DNA of 64,000 nt, from NCBI GenBank assembly GCA_963701095.1, contig OY969564.1, forward strand, positions 1,856,001-1,920,000. The letters run 5' to 3'. Source of the DNA: an uncultured Methanoregulaceae archaeon (GTDB taxonomy: Archaea > Halobacteriota > Methanomicrobia > Methanomicrobiales > Methanospirillaceae). The notes under the pieces were generated by a model. That model had not been told where the DNA came from, searched no databases, and was given only the letters and a program-made list of their open reading frames with translations. Both the position numbers and the translations under genes were made by a program. Below are positions 10,610-19,369 of the stretch, piece after piece; position 1 is the stretch's first letter, and each line of letters opens with the position of its first letter.

Positions 10610-11499
10610 ATGATCACGGCAAACAACCTGACCAAGCGTTACGAAAGTTTCGTCGCACTTGATGATGTGAGTTTTTCATTTCCAGGTACTGGGATCTTTG
10701 GAATCGTAGGACACAATGGAGCCGGTAAGACCACATTGTTAAAGATCATTGCCGGGCTGATCATGCCGTCTTTGGGGGAACTGTCGGTTAACGATATCGA
10801 TGTTGTCCACTCTCCCATGGCGCTGAAAGAAACCTTAGGTACCTCCCCGAGGAATCCAGGCTCTATGAAACGATGACCGCGGAAGAATACCTTGCATTTT
10901 TTGGCGAAATCTACGGGATCCCGAAACAGGAGATCGCTAACCGGACTCGTCGGCTTTTCACTGCACTCTCTCTTGAAACCGGAGGAAAGAAGCTGGGTGA
11001 ATTTAGTAAAGGAATGAAGCGTAAGACCGCCATTGCCCGTTCTCTCATCCATAATCCCGGTTTCCTTGTTTACGATGAGCCGACAAGCGGGCTTGATCCA
11101 ATGACCTCACGTTTCATCGCCGAATACCTCAAAAAACTTAAAAATGAAGGCCGGACCATTGTGCTGTCGGCTCATAACCTCTTTCAGATCGAAGCGATCT
11201 GCGATCGGGTGATGATTCTCCGGAGAGGAAAGGTAGTGGCGCTTGGAACCATGGACGAGCTTCGCGAACAGTTCGGCTCGATCACATATACAATCTGGTT
11301 CTCACATCCCGATCCCACACGTATTAATTCACAGTTGCTCAGCTACCGTCAGGATGACCGCGGTTTTGCCTGTGACGCCGGTGATATGGCCGGCCTTAAT
11401 AGCTGTTCAGAAACGATCACATCATCAGGTGGCAGGGTCGAACGCATCGAATCCAGGTACCCGTCATTGGAAGAGATGCTCGTGGCAATCGGGGAGTAA
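10610..11499 (+). CDS. ABC transporter ATP-binding protein (split by a 1-nt deletion near 10840)
   Basis: Walker A GHNGAGKTT, signature FSKGM, Walker B VYDEPTSGLD, H-loop SAH; one base at GGTACC restores LGYLPEE. Confidence 0.9.
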
Positions 11500-11547
11500 A
11501 AATGTTTTTGATTTACGGGCTTTAAGTTAGCCGGCATTCTGAAAGTG

Positions 11548-13074
11548 TCAAGCGGTTCTGACTGCTGCGCCACGGTTGCGTGCGGAGGTTATGAGCGTTG
11601 TACCTCCCCCTATTTCCTTTAGATATGACTGCACTGCATGTTCGATATCCTGTAATCCTGTGTCACCGATGGCATACAGGGTTGGGCCAAACGAGCTCAT
11701 TCCGGCTCCTGCAGCCCCGGCTTCCCGCATCGTATCGAGAAGTTTGGTAACTTCATGGGGCTGATAGGAAAGCTCAATCTTCTTGAATCCGAGATCCTGA
11801 ATTGCATTGACAGACATACCAAACAAATCGAGATCCTTTTCCACGATACCTGGAAGCATCCGCATTAAAACTTCGTGGCACAGTGTCCTGATCTCCTCAA
11901 GCGGGACCGGACAGCAGGTCCGGAAGATCTCCTGCTCCCGCATCCCGCTTGCCCCTTCCGTAAGTGCCGGGGTAGCAAGCAAAATGTGCCAGTCCTCGGG
12001 AAAATCGTGACGCATAAGAACAGGCGGTGGCCGGATGCCTTTTGATGCGGATGACGGTGCAAAACCGGTTTTTTCGCAGCCGGGTCCGAACCGGTGACCG
12101 CCGTCAACGATGAAACCCCCGTGATCGAATGCGGCACTACCAATACCGGAAGTTCCACCGCGCCCGGCCATCCGGGCGAGCTCTGCAAGGGAAAGGGTCG
12201 TACCAAACAGTTCGCAGCAGGCCCGGGCCGTGGCAAGTGCGACTTGGGAACCGCTCCCGAGGCCCCGGTGAGCCGGGAAATATTCCCGTACCGTGATCGA
12301 GACACTTCCCCCCGCATGAATTGCAGTAAGGACAGTCTCTGCGCACCGCCTGACCAGCGCCGCGGTCTGAACGTCATCACAGTGAACTTCGAGGGAGGAG
12401 CTTGCTTGCGCTTCAAGATGAACTGCGGGGTCTTCAAGTGCTATCCCGATCCCACCGTCTACCCGTCCCAGTACGCCATTCATGTCGAGAAGGGTAAGAT
12501 GGATGCGCGACGGTGTCCGCACAATTACCCTGCGCTCATCAAGGAACTTGTTGAACGGGAACTGTTCTTCAATGAAGATGAGGGGTTCACCGCTATGGAT
12601 AATCCGGTACTGGCGGGAGAGGACCGGTTCGTTTTTGCAAACAGAGAAAATCCCTCCTGTATCATCAGGCGCTACTCGAGCGGTGAGGATTTCCCGTCTG
12701 GATTCAATATGGTGACGTTCGATGATTTTTCCGATAGGGATGTCGGCCCGCATAAGGTCATCGCGGAACTCAGGTTCCAGCCGATCAATAGGTGTCTGGG
12801 ATTTCGCGTAGACCAGCACTTCCCCGGTGGCAGCGTCAAGGAGTTCAACGATCCGGTGATTTACAGTAGCACCCTTGGCGACGCTCAGGCGTTCTGCTGC
12901 GACGGCATCGGCTTTCACAATTCTTTGTTCCCGGGTCCGGACCGAAACCTGGTGACCGGTAACCGATTCCAGCAGCTGCGTAATCGATCCGTCAGTACCA
13001 AGGAGAATTTTCTGGACTGGCGAGAGTTTGCCTACCTGATTTTCTATCTCTTTGAGACAGTATGCAAAATCCAT
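11548..13074 (-). CDS. mptG: Beta-RFAP synthase fused to an N-terminal chorismate-lyase-like (UbiC/DUF98) domain
   Basis: N-term LLGTDGSITQLLE, ADIPIGKII, IEEQFP; C-term GHMP-like TPSRIHLTLLD, GRVDGGIG, HRGLGSGSQ, GRGGTSGIG, GMSSFGP. Confidence 0.88.
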   Translation of the reverse strand: MDFAYCLKEIENQVGKLSPVQKILLGTDGSITQLLESVTGHQVSVRTREQRIVKADAVAAERLSVAKGATVNHRIVELLDAATGEVLVYAKSQTPIDRLEPEFRDDLMRADIPIGKIIERHHIESRREILTARVAPDDTGGIFSVCKNEPVLSRQYRIIHSGEPLIFIEEQFPFNKFLDERRVIVRTPSRIHLTLLDMNGVLGRVDGGIGIALEDPAVHLEAQASSSLEVHCDDVQTAALVRRCAETVLTAIHAGGSVSITVREYFPAHRGLGSGSQVALATARACCELFGTTLSLAELARMAGRGGTSGIGSAAFDHGGFIVDGGHRFGPGCEKTGFAPSSASKGIRPPPVLMRHDFPEDWHILLATPALTEGASGMREQEIFRTCCPVPLEEIRTLCHEVLMRMLPGIVEKDLDLFGMSVNAIQDLGFKKIELSYQPHEVTKLLDTMREAGAAGAGMSSFGPTLYAIGDTGLQDIEHAVQSYLKEIGGGTTLITSARNRGAAVRTA

Positions 13075-13143
13075 CCACACAACCTCCGTTCCAGACTACA
13101 TAAGGTTACGGATTTCACCGGGCGTAACCATTAAAATGAATGA

Positions 13144-13524
13144 TCAGCGGCGTGAGGGATGCTTGTGCAGTCTCCTCTCCTTCCCGAAACGCTGATCCGG
13201 GAGCTGCACCTGTGCGCCGATCTCGGCGATAGTCTCTGCAGTGAGTCGCCCTTTAACCCCTATAACGTCGCCGGAACGAATTGTGCTGACTTTTGCAGTA
13301 AGGACAAAACTTTCGCTGAAAAGATCGAGACCCCCTTTTGAAAATTCGTCAAGTCCGATAGGGGTACTAGGGGCATCGGTGGGGGGCCTGCTGCTGATTG
13401 GGCAGACAAAGAGATCCCCGTTCTCCCTTGTTGAAACTACAAGCGCGGGTCTGGTTTTCACACCGTTCCGCTCCTCAAATGGAACCGGGGCAAGAATCAC
13501 GTCACCCCGGACATAATGTCCCAT
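13144..13524 (-). CDS. PemK/MazF-family protein
   Basis: RGDVILAPVPF..KTRPALVVS..VCPISS..GL..S..G.L pattern; start MGHY. Confidence 0.78.
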   Translation of the reverse strand: MGHYVRGDVILAPVPFEERNGVKTRPALVVSTRENGDLFVCPISSRPPTDAPSTPIGLDEFSKGGLDLFSESFVLTAKVSTIRSGDVIGVKGRLTAETIAEIGAQVQLPDQRFGKERRLHKHPSRR

Positions 13525-13625
13525 ATCCGGAATATCCGGCGTTTGAAATGCATAAGGCCATTGGTTACAACCTCGCATTCTCTACGGAGTCCTTAAGAGT
13601 ACCCGGATTAGAATGTGATTAGAAA

Positions 13626-13958
13626 ATGCCTCGCTGCGATGTTTGCGGGAAAAATGTCTCGCTCCCGTTCCACTGCCAGTACTGCGGAAAAAATTTCTGC
13701 GGCGATCACCGGCTGCCACCGGATCATGCCTGCTCTGGTCTTGCAGCCTGGAAAAAGAGTCCTGCACCTGGTGTGGGTATACGCTATGGGAGTGGCGGTA
13801 CAAGCGCATACGGGGGAGGTTTTTCGACAGCGCCACAGGATACACGCTCCCGTCAGCGCACTGCGCAGCGCATCTCATATCTGAAGATTGCAGCGGTAGT
13901 TATCTTATGCATACTCGTAATTATTTTCCTGTTTGTGCTGATAGGGCACCACGGGTGA
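13626..13958 (+). CDS. AN1-type zinc finger protein with C-terminal TM anchor
   Basis: CDVC..PFHCQYCGKNFCGDHRLPPDHAC; hydrophobic C-terminus. Confidence 0.85.
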   Translation: MPRCDVCGKNVSLPFHCQYCGKNFCGDHRLPPDHACSGLAAWKKSPAPGVGIRYGSGGTSAYGGGFSTAPQDTRSRQRTAQRISYLKIAAVVILCILVIIFLFVLIGHHG

Positions 13959-14100
13959 AAGACGCGGGCAGGGGAATCCTGACAAATCTTGAAAAAATTC
14001 AAGACAGTACATTCAATAAACATACCGTACGCAAACCGCCGTGGCAAAAACCGGCAGGGAATTTGCGTCTGCACCGCACAGAAAAAGGAGCCAAGTTTCA

Positions 14101-14769
14101 ATGAGAATCCTCGCAATCCATGGAAGCCCTCGAACGATTCGTAGTACCACTCGTAGATTAGCCAATTTTGTGCTTGAGGGAGCTGCAGATGCAGGAGCAG
14201 CAACCGAAATTATTGATCTTGCCGACTACCGGATTATTCCCTGCACTGCCTGCGAAGCGTGTATTCTCAATGGCATCTGCGTCAATGACGATGACGTCCC
14301 GGCAATAATAAGCCGTATGAAAGAGGCGGATGCCCTTGTCTTTGGTTCACCTGTGTATATTGATAATATAACCGGGCAAATGAAGATATTTTTTGACCGG
14401 CTCGCTGATGCGATCCATTACCAGCAATTTTCCGGGAAATATGGTTGTTCAGTGGCAACCACTGCTGAATCCGGGAGTGCCGAGGTTGTCGCCTACCTTA
14501 ATCATGTTCTCAATTATCTCGGCGTCGTTTGCGTTGGTGGAATTGGTATTGCAACCGAGGGACAATCAGCAAAGGTTGAAGAATATGAGCCGGCAGCACG
14601 GGCACTGGGGAAAAAACTCGTAGATGCGGTCCGGGAGGGATACATCGATCCTGCCCAGGATGCAACCCTCTCCGATAATCGTGCGTACTTCAAAAATATT
14701 GTTGAGGTAAACAAAGACCTCCGTATTGCTGATTATGACCGGTGGGTACGGATGGGCTGGATTAAGTAG
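14101..14769 (+). CDS. Iron-sulfur flavoprotein / flavodoxin family protein
   Basis: HGSPR, CTACEACILNGIC (CX2CX2CX5C), GSPVY, MKIFFDR. Confidence 0.9.
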   Translation: MRILAIHGSPRTIRSTTRRLANFVLEGAADAGAATEIIDLADYRIIPCTACEACILNGICVNDDDVPAIISRMKEADALVFGSPVYIDNITGQMKIFFDRLADAIHYQQFSGKYGCSVATTAESGSAEVVAYLNHVLNYLGVVCVGGIGIATEGQSAKVEEYEPAARALGKKLVDAVREGYIDPAQDATLSDNRAYFKNIVEVNKDLRIADYDRWVRMGWIK

Positions 14770-14814
14770 ATTAACTAACCAGAAATCGGGTCTACTGCAA
14801 AAAGAAAGGTTGGC

Positions 14815-15387
14815 TCAGAAATTTTCAGTATAAATTTCAAAATATGCCTGAGGGTGACTGCATGCAGGGCATTTCAGCGGTGCGGAAGTGCCTTCGAATA
14901 CATATCCACACTCCCGGCAGTACCATTTAACAGGGGAATCGCGTTTGAATATAGTCCCTTTCTCCAGGTTAGACCACAACCGATTATATCGTTGTTCATG
15001 GTACTTTTCGGCAACTGCGACTTGTTTAAAGAGATTAGCTATTGGGAGAAACCCCTCGTCTTTTGCCGTCCCGGCAAAGGACGGGTAAAGAGTCCCCCAC
15101 TCCATCATCTCTCCATCAGCTGCTGCTTTGAGATTCTCTTTTGTGCTACCAATGACTCCTGCGGGATACCCGGCTGTGATCTCTACCATACCTCCTTTAA
15201 GGTACGAGAAGAACAGTTTCGCATGTTCTTTCTCCTCTTCTGCGGTCTGTAAAAAGACACCTGCTACCTGCTCATAACCTTCTTTTTTTGCAACATCTGC
15301 AAAATAGCTGTACCGGTTCCGTGCCTGTGATTCCCCGGCAAATGCTGCAAGGACATTTCTCTCTGTTTTACTTCCCACGAATTCCAT
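14815..15387 (-). CDS. rbr: Rubrerythrin
   Basis: AFAGESQARNRY, EKEH, EKYH and C-terminal CRECG..CPAC rubredoxin site. Confidence 0.95.
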   Translation of the reverse strand: MEFVGSKTERNVLAAFAGESQARNRYSYFADVAKKEGYEQVAGVFLQTAEEEKEHAKLFFSYLKGGMVEITAGYPAGVIGSTKENLKAAADGEMMEWGTLYPSFAGTAKDEGFLPIANLFKQVAVAEKYHEQRYNRLWSNLEKGTIFKRDSPVKWYCRECGYVFEGTSAPLKCPACSHPQAYFEIYTENF

Positions 15388-15518
15388 AATCGAATCTCCT
15401 ACTTCAGAAAGGGCTTTTTCGATAGATCCCCGTCCGGTAAACCCGTTGCTTGATCCCGTTTAAAGAAACGATGGAAGCCTGTTGTAATCAATATTATGTT
15501 ACTGACAGATCGGACTAA

Positions 15519-16871
15519 TTAGAGATGGATTACTGGCATGCCAGAGAAACGATATGCCTCTTTCAGCACGACAATTTCGAACCTGGCCCCTTTGCCAGGT
15601 ACTCCTGTTTCTGTGATCGTTAAACCGGTAATCGCGAGTATCTCGCGGGTAAGAAAAAGACCAAGTCCGGTATTTTTCCCAAAACCTTTCTGGAAGATCC
15701 TCTCTTTATCCTCCATGGAAATACCTGCGCCATTGTCGCAATACGTGAGGATAAGCCCTGCTTCTGATTCGTGAGAAGAAAAGTCTATTTTTGATACCTG
15801 ATTACCGTGGCGGATTGAATTGTCAATGAGATTGTAAAATACTTTTTCAAGAAGCGGATCTGCATAAATCTCTACCGGGGGTACCCTGATATCGACGAGA
15901 ATGGAATGGAGATCAACACTTGCTAGTGCAAGTGAAACCGTCTCTGCGACATTATGCCACTGGGGCGAATGAACACCTATATTCTGGTAATCACGGGTGA
16001 ACAATATCTGGCTTCGGATCGCATTTGCCGCTTGCTCTTCCTTTTCCAGGTAACTGATCAGTTGGGGGTCGGTAATCTTCTGTTTGGATAGCTCGATAAA
16101 TCCATGGAGTGCAGAGAGCTGGTTGAGGATATCATGTCGCGTGATATTGTTGAGCAGGTTGAGTTTCTTATTAGCCTGTGTCAATGATGCATGTGATAAT
16201 TTATTGTCGGTAATATCGACAGTCGTACAGATAACAACAGGATCACCGGTTTCAGCAGCAGAGACAAGTACCCATCGCGTACTTCCATCGCCGGTACGAA
16301 TCCTGACTTCTATGTCACCGACCCTCCGTTTATCGCGGATTTTGTTGATAAAACCTTCTTGATCTTCCCAGTCCGGAATAAGGTCAGGCAGCGACTTCTG
16401 CATGAGTTCATCGCAGCTGTAACCAATCATGGCAGCAAATTTTTTATTGGCATCCTGTATTTCCAGGCTGTCCCGGTTATAACTAAAGGCCCCCGCCTGG
16501 GAGTTGTAATACGCCCCACAGGTCTTCTCGCTTTCTTTTCGATACTCCAGTGAATAGGTAGAGATGAGAACACCAAGTGAAACGAAGATGTAGAACCAGA
16601 TTGTGGCAAGCGTATATGTCCGGATGTCTGGCAGTCCTATGATAAACACCAGAGCGACATACAGCCAGCCTATCAGGATAGATCCATAGATACTCAGCTT
16701 CGGGCGGGAATATGCAATAAGGATGATAGGGATGAGATAAAAGTACGGGAATACATCGTAAATGCCCCGATGAATACTAAAATAGGTGATTAATCCTGAA
16801 ACAATAATGCTGCCGATGACACAGAGATCAAATAAGATCTGCCTTTTTCGAGTGAGCGGCCTCATCGTCAT
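15519..16871 (-). CDS. Membrane PAS-domain sensor histidine kinase
   Basis: N-terminal TMs, PAS, H-box ITRHDILNQL, NLIDNSIRHG, DNGAG, GLGL. Confidence 0.92.
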   Translation of the reverse strand: MTMRPLTRKRQILFDLCVIGSIIVSGLITYFSIHRGIYDVFPYFYLIPIILIAYSRPKLSIYGSILIGWLYVALVFIIGLPDIRTYTLATIWFYIFVSLGVLISTYSLEYRKESEKTCGAYYNSQAGAFSYNRDSLEIQDANKKFAAMIGYSCDELMQKSLPDLIPDWEDQEGFINKIRDKRRVGDIEVRIRTGDGSTRWVLVSAAETGDPVVICTTVDITDNKLSHASLTQANKKLNLLNNITRHDILNQLSALHGFIELSKQKITDPQLISYLEKEEQAANAIRSQILFTRDYQNIGVHSPQWHNVAETVSLALASVDLHSILVDIRVPPVEIYADPLLEKVFYNLIDNSIRHGNQVSKIDFSSHESEAGLILTYCDNGAGISMEDKERIFQKGFGKNTGLGLFLTREILAITGLTITETGVPGKGARFEIVVLKEAYRFSGMPVIHL

Positions 16872-17046
16872 GGTTCAGTAATAACTCAATCCCGGTTTGT
16901 AATTTAACTGTACCCAACTAATAATTTCTGAAGATAAATATATTGTTCCCGGATGTATATAGGTTGGTAAAAGATGAGCACCCCAACAATCGACGTCAGT
17001 GGATGAAGGAATGTGATTTTTTAAAAGCCAGAATCACAAAAGAGAG

Positions 17047-17120
17047 CGGGCCTGAAGGGATTTGAACCCTTGACCTGCGGATTAAGAGTCCGCCGCTATG
17101 CCGAACTAAGTGACAGACCC
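17047..17120 (-). tRNA. tRNA-Lys(CTT)
   Basis: Reverse complement GGGTCTG..GCGGA-CTCTTAA-TCCGC..AAGGG-TTCAAAT-CCCTT-CAGGCCC-G; positions 9-10 read CA instead of the usual AG (likely error). Confidence 0.9.
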
Positions 17121-17230
17121 ACGTAGCCTAATAATGTGGCCGGTACGGCCGAATAAATGTTTTGGAACCAAAAAAGCACGGAGTCCCGGAGAATCTCTTT
17201 ATACGTGGGTGTGCACCATCTTTTTTATAC

Positions 17231-18700
17231 ATGCCTGAATCAGCCGCGTTTGAATCCAGTGAATCGATGAAATACTGCATCTTCGGGTGTGGGACAAACG
17301 GGTACAATATTATCCTCGAACTAGCAAAAGAAAACGAACGGGCTTTCGTTGTCGACTGCGACGATACACGCGTCCGTCATCTTCGCGATCAGAAATACGA
17401 CGCGTACGTAAGGGATATCACAGTGTCGGATATGCTTGTAGGTCTCCCGTCATTTGAAATCGCGTTTGTGATGACCGGCAATGCGGATGCAAACCTCGCA
17501 GGTGTTGCCACCATAAAAAAACGGTATCCGTCCGTTCAGGTTATCGCAAGGGCAGTTGACCCGATTACCGGCGGCAGGCTTACGGCAGCCGGTGCCGATC
17601 TTGTACTATACCCCCAGGAAGTTGTTGCAAAGACCGCGGTCTTCCAAATTAAAAAGCAGCATGCGAGCAGGATCTCCCAAAGACTTTTTTCGCTTCTTGC
17701 CGGTTGGGATGGTATCTTGGGGATCATCACACACAAGAACCCGGATCCTGATGCAATTGCAAGCGCCATGGCACTTGCCGAAATAGCCCGTCATGCAAAC
17801 TCAAAGACTCTCACCACCAGGATTTTCTATGAAGGAAACATCGGCCACCAGGAGAACCGGACCTTCGTCAACCTGCTTGACATTAAGATGGAGCACCTGA
17901 CACAGGAAGCAGTCCAGAAATGTACTTATCTTGCTATGGTTGACTGCTCAGGACCGGGAGCAAATAATGACGTTTCGCCCCAGACAAAGATCCAGATCAT
18001 TATCGATCATCACAAGGATGGAAGCCACGCTGCCAGCCAAGGTACATTTACGGATATCCGACCTGGAATTGGGGCGACGGCAAGTATCATGACCCAGTAC
18101 CTCCAGGAACTCGATATACCGGTCGATAAAAGGGTTGCAACCGCGCTCCTGTACGGTATCAGAACCGATACCAAGGAGTTCAAGAGGAACGTTACACCAC
18201 AGGATCTCGGAAATGCAGGGTTCCTTCTCCCCCTCACCGATGCAGATCTTCTTGATAAGATCATGTCGCCCTCCATGTCACAAGAGACAATTGATGTCAT
18301 GGGAAAGGCGATCCAGAACCGCAAAATCCAAAGCGGGTACCTGTTTTCGAATGTCGGATATGTCATGAACCGCGATGCATTGCCGCAGGCAGCTGACCTG
18401 CTTATTACGTTGGAAGGAGTAAACACCGCTCTTGTATATGGTATCACTGATACATCGATTGTTATCTCAGCCAGGAACCGGGATATACGGTTGCACGTGG
18501 GAAACGCGCTTGCGGAAGCGTTCGGGGATATGGGTGACGCCGGTGGTCATCCAAACATGGCCGCGGCAAATCTTCCGCTCCATTATTTCGGGAATGTCTC
18601 GGATAAAGTGGCACTCCTGGAGATTACCATTGAGCCAATTCTCCAAAAATTTAAGAACCTCGTCGGTCTTGAAAACGAGGACAGAAAAAATGAGGAATGA
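17231..18700 (+). CDS. DHH/DHHA1 phosphoesterase with N-terminal TrkA-N (RCK_N) domain
   Basis: IFGCGTNG Rossmann start, HKNPDPDA, VD, IDHH, GIRTDT, GGH; start could also be 17267. Confidence 0.88.
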   Translation: MPESAAFESSESMKYCIFGCGTNGYNIILELAKENERAFVVDCDDTRVRHLRDQKYDAYVRDITVSDMLVGLPSFEIAFVMTGNADANLAGVATIKKRYPSVQVIARAVDPITGGRLTAAGADLVLYPQEVVAKTAVFQIKKQHASRISQRLFSLLAGWDGILGIITHKNPDPDAIASAMALAEIARHANSKTLTTRIFYEGNIGHQENRTFVNLLDIKMEHLTQEAVQKCTYLAMVDCSGPGANNDVSPQTKIQIIIDHHKDGSHAASQGTFTDIRPGIGATASIMTQYLQELDIPVDKRVATALLYGIRTDTKEFKRNVTPQDLGNAGFLLPLTDADLLDKIMSPSMSQETIDVMGKAIQNRKIQSGYLFSNVGYVMNRDALPQAADLLITLEGVNTALVYGITDTSIVISARNRDIRLHVGNALAEAFGDMGDAGGHPNMAAANLPLHYFGNVSDKVALLEITIEPILQKFKNLVGLENEDRKNEE

Positions 18701-18742
18701 TGTCAACCCGGTCATTTTTCCCCGGGCAGAGCGCAGATAATC

Positions 18743-19369
18743 ATGGAATTTTCAGCATGGGAGCCCCATTACCTTGAGATCCTTGCGTACTTCGGTTTCT
18801 CCCGGGAAGACGATGAGAAAGCTGCAAAACTTCTCGCGACGCTGCTGAATCGGGATGATCTCTCCACGCTGATCCAGTTAGTAAAAGGATATGGCGTCAC
18901 GGTATGCGGTAATGCTCCCTTACTTGAACGGGAGCTAGCGCTCATTCCCGATGGCAGTGTTATTTTTGCCGCAGACGCTGCAGCAGATGTACTTTTCACC
19001 CATGGCATTCGTCCAGATGCAGTTTTTACCGATCTTGACGGTGCTACCGATTTGCTTATAGAAATGAACCAGGCCGGGACTATCGTCGTGGTACACGCAC
19101 ATGGCGATAATATTTCTCTCATTCGGTACTGGGTGCCACGATTTACCGGCCCCGTTATTGGGACAACGCAAAGTACTCCATTGGCGCACGTCCACAACTT
19201 TGGAGGTTTTTCCGACGGTGACCGCGCTGTATTTGCTGCGGATTCTCTTGGCGCGGAAAGAATTACTCTGGTAGGCTTTGATCTTGATGACCCGAATGTT
19301 GACCCGGTCAAACACGGAAAACTTATATGGGCAAAGAAACTCCTTGCTCTAATCGGCCATGACCACTGA
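18743..19369 (+). CDS. mptE: 6-hydroxymethyl-7,8-dihydropterin pyrophosphokinase (MptE, DUF115)
   Basis: AADAA, TDLDG, VHAHGDN, NFGGFSDGDRA, GFD, KLIWA. Confidence 0.88.
   Translation: MEFSAWEPHYLEILAYFGFSREDDEKAAKLLATLLNRDDLSTLIQLVKGYGVTVCGNAPLLERELALIPDGSVIFAADAAADVLFTHGIRPDAVFTDLDGATDLLIEMNQAGTIVVVHAHGDNISLIRYWVPRFTGPVIGTTQSTPLAHVHNFGGFSDGDRAVFAADSLGAERITLVGFDLDDPNVDPVKHGKLIWAKKLLALIGHDH

Noticed and set aside
12094..13134. 346-aa plus-strand ORF, and similar long ORFs such as 1963..2676, 18769..19452, 32921..33646, 38137..38859 and 47841..48554
   Set aside because: Antisense shadows of well-supported genes, with no recognisable motifs.
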